Assembly: GCF_006345805.1 (NCBI RefSeq)
Contig: NC_042997.1
Span: 149,668,001-149,732,000 of the forward strand
DNA length: 64,000 nt
From: Octopus sinensis
Taxonomy: Eukaryota
Direction: 5' to 3'
The number at the start of each line of letters is the position of its first letter. The first letter of the stretch is position 1. This document shows positions 13,165-26,415 of the stretch, piece after piece. The notes under the pieces are model-generated. The model was not told the DNA's origin. It searched no databases and saw only the letters and a list, made by a program, of their open reading frames with translations. A program made the position numbers and the translations under genes.

Positions 13165-13532
13165 GTGGAGGCGCAATGGCCCAATGGTTAGGGCAGCGGA
13201 CTTGCGGTCGTAGGATCGCTGTTTCAATTTCCAGACCGGGCGTTGTAATTGTTTATTGGGCGAAAACACCTAAAGTTCCACAAGGCTCCAGTGGGAGATG
13301 GTGGTGAACCCTGCTGTCCTGTTTTAGCACAACTTTCTATCACTCTTTCTTCCTCTTTCTATTGTACCTGTATTTGTACCTGTACCAGCTTTGTCACATT
13401 CTGTGTCACGCTGAATCTCCCCGAGAACTACGTGTCTGTGGAGTGCTCAGCCACTTGCACGTTAATTTCACGAGCAGGCTGTTCCGTTGATCGGATCAAC
13501 TGGAACCCTTGTTGTAACCGACGGAGTGCCAC
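13165..13532 (+). mobile_element. tRNA(Arg)-like-headed SINE family R
   Basis: Head gtggaggcgcaatggcccaatggttagggcagcggac...; the body aligns along its length with 61725-62108. Confidence 0.88.
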
Positions 13533-13544
13533 GATATATATGTA

Positions 13545-13642
13545 TATGCATGTATGTATGTATACACACACACACACATATATATATATATAAATAAATA
13601 TATAGATAGATAGATATATGTATATGTATGTTTGTATGTATG

Positions 13643-13725
<83 letters not shown>

Positions 13726-13750
13726 CTTTGTATGTGCATGTACACACACA
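13545..13750. repeat. (TA)n/(CA)n microsatellite
   Basis: Directly visible. Confidence 0.95.
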
Positions 13751-13989
13751 CAAATATGCAGTGTGTGTTTTCCACTAATTAGAAAAGCCATAAACATTTG
13801 AGTGGACGTGAAATAGTTCTGTTTTGGGAGAGTGAGCATTTGACTCTACAGTAATACAGTTTAAATATTAGATTCATTTGTCCATAAGACCCAAAAACGA
13901 AAGCAGACTCCTCAAAATCGTTGGTTATGACTGGTCAGGTTTTATTTTTAGCCTGCAGTTCTAATGAGTCGCCTATATTGCTAAGACTG

Positions 13990-14025
<36 letters not shown>

Positions 14026-14039
14026 TGGGGGGGTGTATA

Positions 14040-14380
<341 letters not shown>

Positions 14381-14519
14381 TTGCTGGTGAGCATCTGCTT
14401 GGGCTTGTTGTTTATCATTTCAAATCTGATCGAGGTTGTATATAATTCGAGCATGGTCTCTGAGTTTCACAAAAACAATTTATCGATGCCTACGACTTAA
14501 CATGTGACCAACTCATTTT

Positions 14520-15200
14520 CTGATGCTTCCTTGTAACTTTGCGGAAATTAGACTTTTTTATTTCTCACAACCACGATATTTCTTAGAATCCACACTTTAT
14601 TTCAGTCATACTTGCGGTCTATGTGACCGTCGTCCAGAATCCAAGGGTCATTTAGTATTTTAGACACGATCATTCGGTTTTTTATTACTTAGATATAGTC
14701 TGCCCATCGACAATTTCAATTTTCATCTATTTTTATGGCTTTGATGTATGATAGGCCAAAAGTATCCGCTTGTATTTTTTAGTAATCGGATGACCAAGAT
14801 TAGCCAGAATGTCGTCATGATTCTTCAACGTGTTTGTCTTGGGTGGGAGTGGTGATGCTAATTATTATACTTCTAGTTGTAGTAGTGAACGTGGTCGTAT
14901 TTCCAATGATTTTCTTCTATAGCCGAAGCTTTGGGATAAGCAATTTCTGTACCTAGACCTGATGGCGACAATATCAAGATCGTCTGCGAAATATTAACAA
15001 GAATTAATTTCCCGATAGTATTTTCACTGATTTAAGTAACCTTCAAATAAACAGTGTTGTATCGACTACTTCCAATGATAATCTATATCTAAACATTGTA
15101 ATTATAATACCGATAAGCTCTCTGAATCTGTGAAATGATAGTGTCATCAGAACGGATATTTGCAATAATTACAGATGACCTACTGACTCTTAACTGATAC
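14520..15200 (-). mobile_element. Highly decayed RT fragment (RTE-like LINE)
   Basis: Minus-strand YFADDLDIVA (RT catalytic motif), then GF*EISWL*EIKKSN resembling RRILxISWxxKxTN. Confidence 0.6.
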
Positions 15201-15261
15201 TAGGTACATTAATGATGTGAATAGAAAAAGCTGCATATATATATACACACACAATTCAGAT

Positions 15262-15319
<58 letters not shown>

Positions 15320-15584
15320 GCATTTTATGTTTGTGTGTGTATGTATTTGAGTGTGTGTGTGTGTGTGTGTGTATTATGATTTCTCTTAGACATTACTGTA
15401 CTGATAACCTGTTACTACAACTGAATATAAGCTACAGTTATCCAATAGCTCAGTATAGAGCGCAATATCTAATGAAATGCACAGCAGTTCTGTAATCACT
15501 TCATTTAGATTCGAGTTATTTGTGCTTCAAATAAGCGTGCTGCAAGTAAGGCATAACATAACTAATATATTGATATGTGTGTAG

Positions 15585-15864
15585 GGTAGCGAACTGGCAC
15601 AATTGTTATTACGCTGGGCGAAATGCTTAGTGGTATTTCGTCTGCCGCTACGTTCTTCGTTCAAATTCCGCCGAGGTCGACTTTGCCTTTCATCTTTTCG
15701 GGGTCAATTAAATAAATGCCAGTTACGCACTGGGGTCGATATAATCGACTTAATCCGTTTGTCTGTCCTTGTTTGTCCATCCTTCGTTTAGCCACTTGTG
15801 GGTAGTAAAGAAATAGGTATTTCGTCTGCTGCTACGTCCTGAGTTCAAATTCCGCCGAGGTCGG
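15585..15864 (+). mobile_element. SINE family M: head-core-tail B plus start of a second core unit
   Basis: After aaagaaata the sequence resumes at ggtatttcgtctg...gagttcaaattccgccgaggtcg. Confidence 0.88.
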
Positions 15865-15906
15865 AATGTGCGTATATATCTATGTATGTGTGTGTATCTA
15901 CGTGTG

Positions 15907-15961
<55 letters not shown>

Positions 15962-16162
15962 GTGTGTGTGTGTGAGTGAGTGTGCTTATATATGGGTACT
16001 CCAGGAAACCTATATGTTTTCCAGACGAAAGATTTCCAGACAATAGACATGAGTTGCCATGAGTAAAAATAAGAACAGTAATGAATGAGTGAAGAACGAA
16101 TATATAAAGTGCATGTTTATTCGGGGAAAAATACCATCCCGAAATACAATATGTGTGTGTGT

Positions 16163-19100
16163 GTAGGTGAATGTGTGACTGTGTGGTAAGAAGCTTGCTT
16201 CTGGTCGTACGACGTGGTAGTGCTTTTTGTGCGGGCAAGCGTTTTGTTATTATTGGATTCCGTTTTTTTGGGATCGTTGCCGTTGTCGTATTTGTTGAAC
16301 TGTATTTATTTTTACTATTCCCCGGTACACCGGGATATAGGAACTGTTAAATTTAATTCTATGGCCATTGTGGCCATTGCTTTTTTCGGAATGTCGATCG
16401 AATTTATTAAAAAAAAATGTACTCTCGCGGAGAGCGGTGTTAAAGTTGGCGGAGGTGCTATCACCGTAAAAAGACATTTCGGCAGTTGCCGCAGTGGCAA
16501 CTGAAACCATTGAAATTTCAGTCGAAAAAGAATTGAGTAGGATGGTGATATTAAGACATCACCCGCCTCCAATGCAATACAGACACAAATAAAAACTATT
16601 ATAGTAAAATCCTACTGTATCGAGAATAAGCGGTTTAAACATTTCGAAAAGGACAAAATAGAAAATGTCTGGCCCCTATATGGAAGGACATTGCATGTAT
16701 TGCAAGGGGAAATGCATAAACCACAATCGAAATCAGGTTCGCAACCGAGGAGAAGGCCCACAGATACTCTGTGAGGCCCCTGAAAGCAAATGCGGTGGTG
16801 CTTGTACCAACCTACATAGAGAAGCACACTACCGTGTAAAGGTGACAGAGGTGCCACCAGATATCGACCCAAGTGAAGTGATGGCTGCTCTGTTAACAAG
16901 ACAGAAAAAGTAACATTTTTGCAGATAATATGCTCTGCTCCCCAGCATTTCAGCCATATTTCAGAGGGCACCGGAATATATAGAAATTCTTCCAAACAGG
17001 TTGCTCGTGGGTGATAATGTGGTCCTTCGAATGACTGCGAAGAAAGAAAATAGAGAGATGAGGAAAAAACAAAAAGAGACAAAAAGAGACACCACGCCCT
17101 ACATCTGAAAGAGAACCCAAGTTCACACACACACACCAGCCGCCACAAAAATAGACACTACCCCACATACCCCACGGGAGAAAGCAGCACTTCACCACAA
17201 ATAACAATAAAAAAACCCGCCCCATCTCCCCAAGAAAAGAAAAAGACGATAAAAGTTTGGTACAATACAATATTAAAGACATCTACATGGATGAAGTAAT
17301 CAAAAACCATCATACGACCAAAATATACCCTCAACATAGGGGTATGGACGAGAGGTGTGCCTGGATAGAGGAAATCCTATATAGGCAGCTGAAGGAGAAG
17401 CATCCGAAGAACATCATGAGGATTACAGCCCTGTCCTGCTACTTGTAGAAGGAGGATAAGGAATGGGCTGCCTCACGTGTGATGAGATCAGCCCCAATAT
17501 CACCAGTTAAGATTAAGTAGAACCTTTACTTTTCCCCATTGTTTTTAATGGCTGCACTTAACCTTGTATGTTTGGATGTGCGTGGTCTGAACTCGAATTG
17601 GAATCAAGCCAGTTTCCTTGACGACCTCAGATCACACGATATGCATGTGATGGTTGCTACAGAGGCCAAGCTTGATTGTCTACAAACGTTCTCATCCCTC
17701 CTGAATGGCTATGAGAAAATAATGTCTCCTGGCCAGATCGGAGGTCGAGTGGTGGGTAGTTGTACTAATCCGAAAAGGCTTGGCTCTGCAGACAAGTACT
17801 GTGTATGTAGACCCAGAAGGTGAGCTGGTCGTCCTTGATGTATAAGATGGAGATTAACCTGAAAGCTTTACAGCAGTAAAGCCTTCAGGTTCTATGCAGA
17901 TTGTGCTAGAAGATTACAAACTACTTTTTATCGGTGTTAGGTGACTTAAACTATCGTTGACGCACGCATCGATAGCGTTGGATCTACTGGTAGGAAAGCA
18001 AACTCACGCCTCGTAAATCTGCTTAAGTGCATTCAGCTAGCAGATTGTTACAGGCTTGACCATCCGAACGTCGCAGAGTGGATCTGGTTGAATGGCGACG
18101 AAAGGCTCAAGTCTTACTTAGACAGGATAGTGACAAGAACTAGAAATAACGATAGTTTTAGCTGTCCACAGCTTATCCAAGTAGCTTACACTGACCATAG
18201 AATGATTAAGTGTAGATTGGACATAGTACAGTTTAAAGAGAATCCGGCTAGTGGAAGCTAAACAAGTCTATTTTGACTTGCGTGGCAAATCGTAGACGGA
18301 TTAAGGAATTAGTACAGAGGGCGTTTTAAGGAATTAGTACAGAGGGCGTTAAGCGGTGATGGTTCGCCCTCAAGAGAGCCATTCGATTCGAGTATGTTAG
18401 GTTTAGTCACCAGCTAAGACTAGATAAGGCTAGAATATAAGGGCAACTAGTTAAGGACCAAGAGGAGGCATTGTGGTTGGGCTCTGCATCCCAAAGTTTG
18501 GGACGCAGAGTTCGGGCTAATGTGCGCACATTGGGCCGAGAGGAAATTAATGTTGCCGGATGGGCCCGTACGGTAGAAACCCAGCCTGGTTATGATGCCA
18601 CAATAAGGTCTCTTATTGATGGAAGTTCGGTAGAGGGACAGGACGAGATGTCTGATGCGCTTTACAAGTTGTTCGGGAGGGTGGGACGCTGGATCATGGT
18701 GAGGCCCTTAGGGTCTTCCTATCTAGTGGCACGCGTTTATCAGTACGAGAGGCTCAGTGCTGTGAAGGGCCAATCACGGCCGAGGAGGTGATCGATGTGC
18801 TAGGCGAGTGCCCCGGGGAGGAGTCGCCGAGTCTCGGTGGTCTCCCCTATGAATTTTATAAAAGTATGTCAGACTAACATCTACACCAATTGGCTGCAGA
18901 ATGGGAGAATTCCCAAGTCTGCGAGCCTAGGGGTGGTGACGTTTATCAGGAAAGACCCGAGAAGGGGGGCGGGCGAAATAGGAAATTTCAAGCCCAAGTA
19001 AGTGGAGCCCCGGAATAAAAACAAAGGTTCTACCCTGGTGGTCAGGTGCCTTTCCTTCAGGAGATACATTGCATGTGGCAATGTGATATCGAACTTTAAA

Positions 19101-19590
19101 TTTTTACTGTAATCATAATTTTTAATCGTAATTTATCATTCATAAAAAAAAGAACTTTTTAATTGTAGCAGCTTCTTTACCATTTTAAGTTTGTCAGTCC
19201 TTGTTCGTCCCCTCCTTGTAATGCTCTTGTAGCAAATATTTATGAAATAAAGAAACTTGCTTCCCAATTACACGGTCTCGGGTTCAGTACTACTGCGGGG
19301 CACCTTAGGCACCTGTTTTCTAGTATAACTTCGAGCCGACCGAAACCTTGTGAGTGGATTTGGTAGACGAAAACTGAAGGAAGCCCGTCGTATATATAAA
19401 TATGTGTATGTGTGTGTGTATTTGTGTGTTTGTGTCTGTGTTTGGCATCCCAAATCGCCTGAAAACCGATTAGGTGCGTTTACGTCACCGTAAGCTAGGC
19501 TTTCAAAGAATAAATCCTGAAGTCTATTTGCTCAAATAAAACATATTAATGTATGCTCCAGTATGGCCGCAGACAAATGACCGAAACAGG
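16163..19590 (+). mobile_element. SINE family C split by a LINE insertion (pieces 16163-16201 and 19256-19590)
   Basis: Head ...gtgtggtaagaagcttgcttc stops at 16201 and resumes as cttgcttcccaattacacgg... at 19256; matches the intact copy at 38759. Confidence 0.8.
16202..19255 (+). mobile_element. Tx1/L1-clade LINE: ORF1, APE endonuclease, start of RT, internal deletion, 3' tail
   Basis: ORF1 TIEIRFATEEKAHRYSVRPLKANAVVLVPTY and RVKVTEVPPDIDP. APE from ~17548: MAALNLVCLDVRGL, ATEAKLD, LADCYRLDHP, SYLDRIV, YTDHRMI, WKLNKSIL. RT start SPSLGGLPYEFYK and IPKSASLGVVTFIRKDP, then a jump to the 3' UTR ending aataaagaaa. TSD cttgcttc. Confidence 0.88.
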
Positions 19591-21332
19591 TATATTGTAG
19601 ACTTAGCTTGTTTCATTTACTCCACTGTTTGAAATGCACCGTGAGAGGACAATGAAACGTACCCATCCGTCGCAAATAATAGTTAGAACTTCAAAGTTTG
19701 CACCTTTTTACTATTAAAATTATACGTCATAATCGTAATTCTGTTTTCGGGTTATTATAATTGCGGTAAATAGTTAGTTAATAAGTAGGTGACTGACCGT
19801 GTTTTTGTTATACAGGAGAAGCGTCAGTTATTGTTATTTTTGAAAAGAATTTTATCTTTTTTCTCATGAAACATACTAGTGGCTCCTTCTGCACCTGGTA
19901 TGCTTTTGATTCCTATAACATACTTTGTATGTAATATGTTTTTCTTTTTATTAAGCACTTTCTCTAATACCTTAGTTAGATTGTATTCCTGATGTAATAC
20001 ACTAGTAACCAAATATCAACTTGCTACATTCTGTATGTTTCTTTCAGAAGCTACGGTTTTCGTTCGGTCGTGTTGTGTTCCATTTCGAAAAGGACAGCAA
20101 CAGAAATAATTAAAAATAATCATTTGCCCTCGTCACTTCTGTAATTCTTAAAAAATAATTAAATGGCACTTATATGGATTTCATAATGTTTTGGAGCATA
20201 TGCCATAGCTTCCACAATTCCTTTCGAATAATTAACGTTATAAATGAAGTGAAGCGATTCCCAGTGTTTATTCAAATTATATCAGAATCTTGGAATGTGG
20301 CACGTTCACATTTTCCCTCGATAGCGAACGGCTTAATACATATTCAAATATATATTCCTTGTGACTACTTAAAATTAGAATTATTTCACTATCTATGAAG
20401 GAATAAAACAATGAATAAATGAATTGCTATTGAAATATAAATGAATTGATACCTGAAATGAGATTTTGACAAAATGTAACTATACCAGGTTTCAATTAAC
20501 ACGATTTTAAATCTAGAATGTTTAGGCTATTAGTCTTTAAAATTTACGATTAGGTTAGACAAACTAAATAAACAGCTTCATCAACATCTAACAACATATT
20601 TTAAATACCGTTATGAATTATCAGTATCATTAATGAGACAAGCATACTCAGTGAAAAATAAATGGAATTTATTAGATCATCAAAAAAGTTCGCTTCTTAC
20701 ATTACAGGCATGGTTACTGTCAGATTGGAAATAAATGATGAAGTAACACTGTATTGGTTAACTTGTTCTGTTGTTCGGAGAACCAGAAAATTTTAAATGA
20801 AGTTTGCAAAATCATGTCAAAATCAACGGTAAAATTGTATTACGTTTATTACCGGATAGGAGATGGTCAAACTGCAATTCATGTCGATTAAACTGAGATA
20901 TTCAAAAAGATAATGTCGGCTGTTTATCTTTGATAAGAGAGATCCGTTGATTAAATATTCAGGAAACTATCTTCCGGCTTTGTTTCGTCAATTATAAATT
21001 TCTCAAGTGAACCATAATAGAAAACGAAGAGTGTTTAGGATGAATCAAATTAACCGAGCAATGCACAGCCAGATAATATTTTATGTTATTAATATATGAA
21101 AAAGGATTGTAAATTTGCAGAAACGGTAATCATACCAGTAAACATTTATAGCATAAAGTTACGTTGTGTTCTGAAGTTCGAATTCCACGCAATTCAGATT
21201 TGAATTCTTTTTTCTTTATTGTCGACGAATTAATCATTGGAGTCTTTACATATTTTTTTTAATACATTCACCTATAGACTACTTTAAATGAATATAAAAT
21301 TGAATTCAGTACTTAACTAATATTTTTATTGA

Positions 21333-21838
21333 GGATCTTTTCACTTTGACCGGCAGATTTTTAAAATAATTTCTTTTTCTTCAGAAATGTAAATAAACCT
21401 AATCTGTTTCTTAAACGAATATATATGTAATGTGTGTATCTGTGCAACAGAGAGGGAAATTAAAACTGCATATGTTGTGAACTTAGAATATGTGTTGATT
21501 AATAAAACTTTAATAACGATAATCTTTTATTCATACGAACGTAACTGATATGAAATATGTCATAAATTACAGTGACAAATTGAGTAGACACAGCTAGAAA
21601 ATGTTGTTGACAAACAACCGCAGAGATTGTATTCACCTCAATAGACGTTATCGATTGGTTGAAATTGCCGAAATTCAAGAAATTTAAGAAGAAATAGCTT
21701 ACAAACTACAGAATTTTCTGAAGAAAGCCAAGAGAATAAGATGTTTTATGTAACACATTCTACCAGTATACGAAATTTAAAAGTGTTTAGTTACAAAGAA
21801 ATTATTTTAAAAAACTGCTGTTCAAAGTGAAAAGATCC
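21333..21838. mobile_element. MITE with ~42-bp TIRs starting GGATCTTTTC and 8-bp TSD (candidate Merlin superfamily)
   Basis: TIRs ggatcttttcactttgaccggcag and ctgctgttcaaagtgaaaagatcc; TSD tttattga at 21325-21332 and 21839-21846. Confidence 0.8.
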
Positions 21839-21940
21839 TTTATTGATCCTTAAATAATTGGTTTAAGATATGTTATAAGTTTTGAAGACTTCTAATAAAT
21901 AAAATTGTTTAAACACTATATATGAAGTGGTCGATATATT

Positions 21941-22156
21941 GGTTTCAAATTTTGGCACAAAGCCAGTAAGTTTGGGATAGGAGGTAAGTCGATTACATCA
22001 ACCCCAGTGTTCAACTGGCACATATTTTATTGACTCTGAAAGGATGAAAGGCAAAGTTGACCGCGACGGAATTTAAACATAAACCCTAAAGCGGATGAAA
22101 TGCCACTAAGCATTTTTCCCGGTGTGCTAACGATTCTACCAGCTTGCTGCCTTAGG
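21941..22156 (-). mobile_element. SINE family M monomer, tail A (…gtgccaaaatttgaaaccaat)
   Basis: Same head and core as the other M copies, but a different 3' tail. Confidence 0.8.
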
Positions 22157-22171
22157 ATGGTTGAAATATAT

Positions 22172-22539
22172 TTTTCCACTGTAGACACAACGCCCGAAAT
22201 TTAGGGGAGAGAGCCAGTCGATTAGATCGATCCCAGTACGCAGCTGGTATCTAATTTATCGAACCCGAAAGGATGGAAAGCAAAGTCGACCATGCGGAAT
22301 TAGAACTCAGACCGTAAAGACAGACAAGATACCTATTTCTTAACTACCCACAAGGGACTAAACACAGAGGTGACAAACAAGGACAGACAAACGGATTAAG
22401 TCGAGTACATCGACCCCAGTGCGTAACTGGTGCTTAATTTATTGACTCCGAAAGAATTTGAACTCAAAACCAAACGGCAGACGAAATACGGCTACGCATT
22501 TCGCCGGCGTGCTAACGTTTCTGCCAGCTCGCCGCCTTA
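22172..22539 (-). mobile_element. SINE family M composite: head-core-tail B-core-tail A'
   Basis: Same architecture as 49308-49710, with a small deletion in the first core. Confidence 0.82.
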
Positions 22540-22769
22540 GATGGCTGAAATATTAGTCGGAAGGTTGCAAAGCCAAAAGTACCTTTAGTGTCGATTTGAA
22601 CTCAAAAAGCAAAAGAACCGTAAATGAAGAGTTCGGTTATTTTATGCCTACACTTTCTACCAATAGATTTCGAATTAGATATTGATTTCAAATTTTGAGA
22701 AAAGATCGAAGCCACAATCATACAATCATAACTTCAGCACCCTTACCACTAATGCGCTTCCACTTTACA

Positions 22770-23008
22770 GAGCTAAATTTTGGTCCCAAATTTTAGGAAT
22801 CATCGATTACATCTACCCCAGCGAACGAAGGCATTTTGCCCGAAAGCTAACGATTCTGCCAGCTTGCCATCTCCTCGCATTGCAGGAACACTAGAAGTGG
22901 ACTACAACAAAGCGAAGTAAATTGCTTTGCTCGAGGACAAAATGCATCACCCACTCCAAGAATCGATCGTGAGTCCAATATCCGAATTACTAAGCCACGC
23001 GCCTCCGC
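22770..23008 (-). mobile_element. Deleted family M remnant (22770-22870) next to a family V fragment (22880-23008)
   Basis: gctaacgattctgccagcttgcc matches the M head; ccacgcgcctccgc matches the V head. Confidence 0.55.
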
Positions 23009-24363
23009 ATTACAGTATCAAATATTGCGTTAAGTATATTTTAGCTCTTAGTAATGAAACATATAATGTATTATTCTGCACAGAAAACCTAGAAATACGA
23101 TAAGTGATAATAGTCTTTTTGTCCATGAGTTGATAGAGTTGGATATGAACGTATCAACCTTATCATCTATATGAAGAAGTATTTGTCAGTATATACTTTA
23201 CTTATAGCCACACCTGGCTGTATGCGTATTTCTAACTGAAAGTTCAACACTTCCTTGCCTCTTATCGGTATAGCAATGCGATCGTAGCCTTTACAATTAA
23301 CATCTACCATTACCATTTTCGTATTAACTGATTTTTCCATTCACGTGTTTTATTATATTTTGATGTGAGTAATATATGCACAAATACTCAAATAGTTACA
23401 CATATTTGTGTATGTAAGTGTTTATTTAGCTATGTTTATATGTATATGCATAATGTATGTGTGTATTTTAATACAATTTTGCTGTTTGTTAACTTTACTT
23501 ATCAATGTTTTATGCTATAAATATAGAGCATCTGGCACTGCGTATTCAAACAAACATTCTGGAAAGGTAATTGAATTTCAAGTTTCAGGGTCCAGACACA
23601 TTAATGATACAGCAATCCTGAATATCTTTAGAAACGTTTATATTTACAAAACTTTGTTCCGCTTCTAGTTTTGATGTGAAACACGTATATATCTAAATAA
23701 TATTGTTACGCTTGTCACTTTTGACAACGTTATACATTGATATGGATCTACTATCGCTTCTATCGCCATAACAATATCTCAACGATATTTCTGTCTTCAT
23801 CATCAGTGAGATGTTGCGTAAACGGAAATAGAGTTTTCATAACGATGTCAAATCATATTGATATCTACATAACGGTATCTTAGTCTTTATTACCATTTCT
23901 CCACCGGTCACCACCAGTCATATTTCTATTAATACGATTTGATTTTTCAGTGAGCGAAATGTTATCGAAGTCATGATAAAGTTCCACTTGTTTTAATCAG
24001 AAGGAACTGAATTCTTATACTTTATTACTGATTGATTATTTCTGCTGATTTAAGCATAATCCAAAATATATTAGAAGCATAAAAGTTACACTTCGTCAAG
24101 TACCGAAGACTTTAGAGAACGAATTGAATCTGTAAACCTAGCGTAGAAAACTGGTTAAAAGTATTTCCATTGACTGAAAATTTTGATGGTCTGTACTTAT
24201 TCTTTCCCTTCTCGAGAAAGATAGAAGTAATTGGCTTCTATTGATATCAAACATATTCTAAGTAAATGTGTCATGATAGCTACTATTGCACTTATTAAAC
24301 GCATAAATGCATCAAGTAGGCCAGTTTTAAACTGATGCATTGTCAATATTATTGACAGGTTCC

Positions 24364-25018
24364 AAGGCGGCGAGGTGACAGAATCTTTAGTATGTTGGAC
24401 AAAATACTTAATGACCTTTCGACAGTCTTCATGTTCTAAGTTATCAATTCCGCCTAGGTCGACTTTGCGTTTCAGCCTTCCGCTGTCGATAAAACACTGG
24501 GGTTAATGAAATTGATTTATTCCAAAATTGCTGGCATTGTGTCCAAATTTAAAAGCTTTGTTATTGAAGGTTTGAAGGCGGAAAGATGTCAGAATCGTTA
24601 GTATGTCGGGCAAAATGCTTAGTGGCATTTCAACCGTCTTTCTAAGTTCAAATTCCGCCATGGTCGACTTCGTTTTTCATCCTTTCGCAATCGATAAATA
24701 AGTATCAGTCGATCTCTGGGGTCGATGTAATCGACTTACTCTCCCTCAAAATTGCTAGCCTTGTGCCGCAATTTGAAACCAATATTATGGACATGTTTAA
24801 CGCGGAGGGGTGGCAAAATTGTTTGATAACCAGGGAAAATGCTTAGCGTCATTTCGTCAGTTTTACGTTCTGAGTTCAAATTCCGCCGAGGTTGGCTTCG
24901 CCTTTCATTGTTTCAGGGTCGATAAAATAAGGACCTGTTGAACACTAGGGTCGGTATAATCAACTCAGCACCTCAGCCAACAGAACATTGCTGGTCTTGT
25001 GCCCAAATTTGAAACCCA
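24364..25018 (+). mobile_element. Head-to-tail trimer of diverged family M tail-A SINEs
   Basis: Units start at ~24364, 24575 and 24799, each with core gtcgactt..g.ctttca and tail aaattgctgg..ttgtg...aatttgaaa. Confidence 0.82.
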
Positions 25019-26289
25019 TGTTTCTTGATATTTCACTTTATCTAAGACTGGTATTAAAAAAGAAAAGTAACGGAAAGCCTTCCAATCAAGTGAATGCAAT
25101 TATGAGATAGCATTGCAAAAAGGAGCAATATGTATAGCCAAATACGATATATAAGAAAGGGTAGCTTGTGATTTCGAATACTACTTGAATGAATTCCACT
25201 TGTTTTTTGTGCATGATTAGAGTCCTTGAGACCATATGAATGCTTCCAAAATTTTTCCATGGTCCTTAAATTTTTTACAAGCTACAATATTAAGTACTTT
25301 ACACATGCATCGACTCCCAAGAGTGAGGATAAATAAAACATATCTTACTAACGATCAAAAAGCGAGATGGACTTTATTATAACATAGCTTATGAGTTCAA
25401 TATCTGCGGCATGTGTTTCCTGTGATTTTTGTTACTACTCCTACTGCTGCTATTAAGCCAAGTCCTGGTAGACGAAGCAGACTATGATCCAAAGAGTTTA
25501 AACAATGGCAATCCTGCAATATCAGATATGATACATCTAAGACTACAAAATTCAATGGGACCTTTTTTATTGTTGCCTTAGTGTGTGAGCGTTGCGATAT
25601 TAGAACGAATAAGTTGCTAATTCGACTCAATCAGTCTCGACGAGGCTCTGTTATTGGCTCTCATCTGTCTCATCCTGTTTGTAATCAAAACATTATTCCA
25701 CATTGACTTACTTTAGCTAACTACCGTAGTCTTTGTTATACACAAAAACAAAATTATAATTCAAATGAAAAAAAAACTGATCTTTGACGTAGATTTATGC
25801 CCACCACTGAAGGTCAAGCAATTAACTTTCTTTATCATACAGGAGACCGCGATAAATTACCCCTTACTTTCCGCACATGTTTCCACTAGAATTACTATAA
25901 ATAAATATAATATTCGTAATTATATAACTATATTCGGAATAATCAATGGATTGATATGCGGATATACTTGTATATAATTTGGCAATTAGATTTATGTTCG
26001 AGCCTGGTGTGGATAATTTACGACAATTTAAGTAAATTCGGAACACTCATTCATTTCAAAAATATGGATTTCTACTTAAGCTGACATTTCTAAAATGGCA
26101 ACAAGTACCTTCACTTCAAGTCAGTTCATCGGTAAAAGGTGAGAAATTGACTAAAAGAACGCGCAAGCGTAACACAGCAAAGTACACAAACGCATGTATG
26201 CATATACTCACAAATATATACATGCACATATATATGTACGTACACACGCGCTACACATATGTGTGAGTATATGTATACATGCATACAGT

Positions 26290-26330
26290 TACATAGGTAC
26301 ATATATACATACATACATACATACATACAT

Positions 26331-26373
<43 letters not shown>

Positions 26374-26415
26374 CAGACAGACAAACAGACAGACAGACGG
26401 ACAGATAGATAGATA
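26290..26415. repeat. (TACA)n/(GACA)n/(GATA)n tetranucleotide repeats
   Basis: Directly visible. Confidence 0.95.

Noticed and set aside
13165-13240. tRNA-Arg-like sequence (also 61725-61800)
   Set aside because: No acceptor stem or complete cloverleaf, and it continues into a shared SINE body with a TSD; a SINE head, not a tRNA gene.
25440-25590. Frame reading LLLLLLLLLSQVLVDEADYD, like a signal peptide
   Set aside because: An in-frame stop lies just upstream with no start or acceptor; the Leu run comes from a ctactg repeat.
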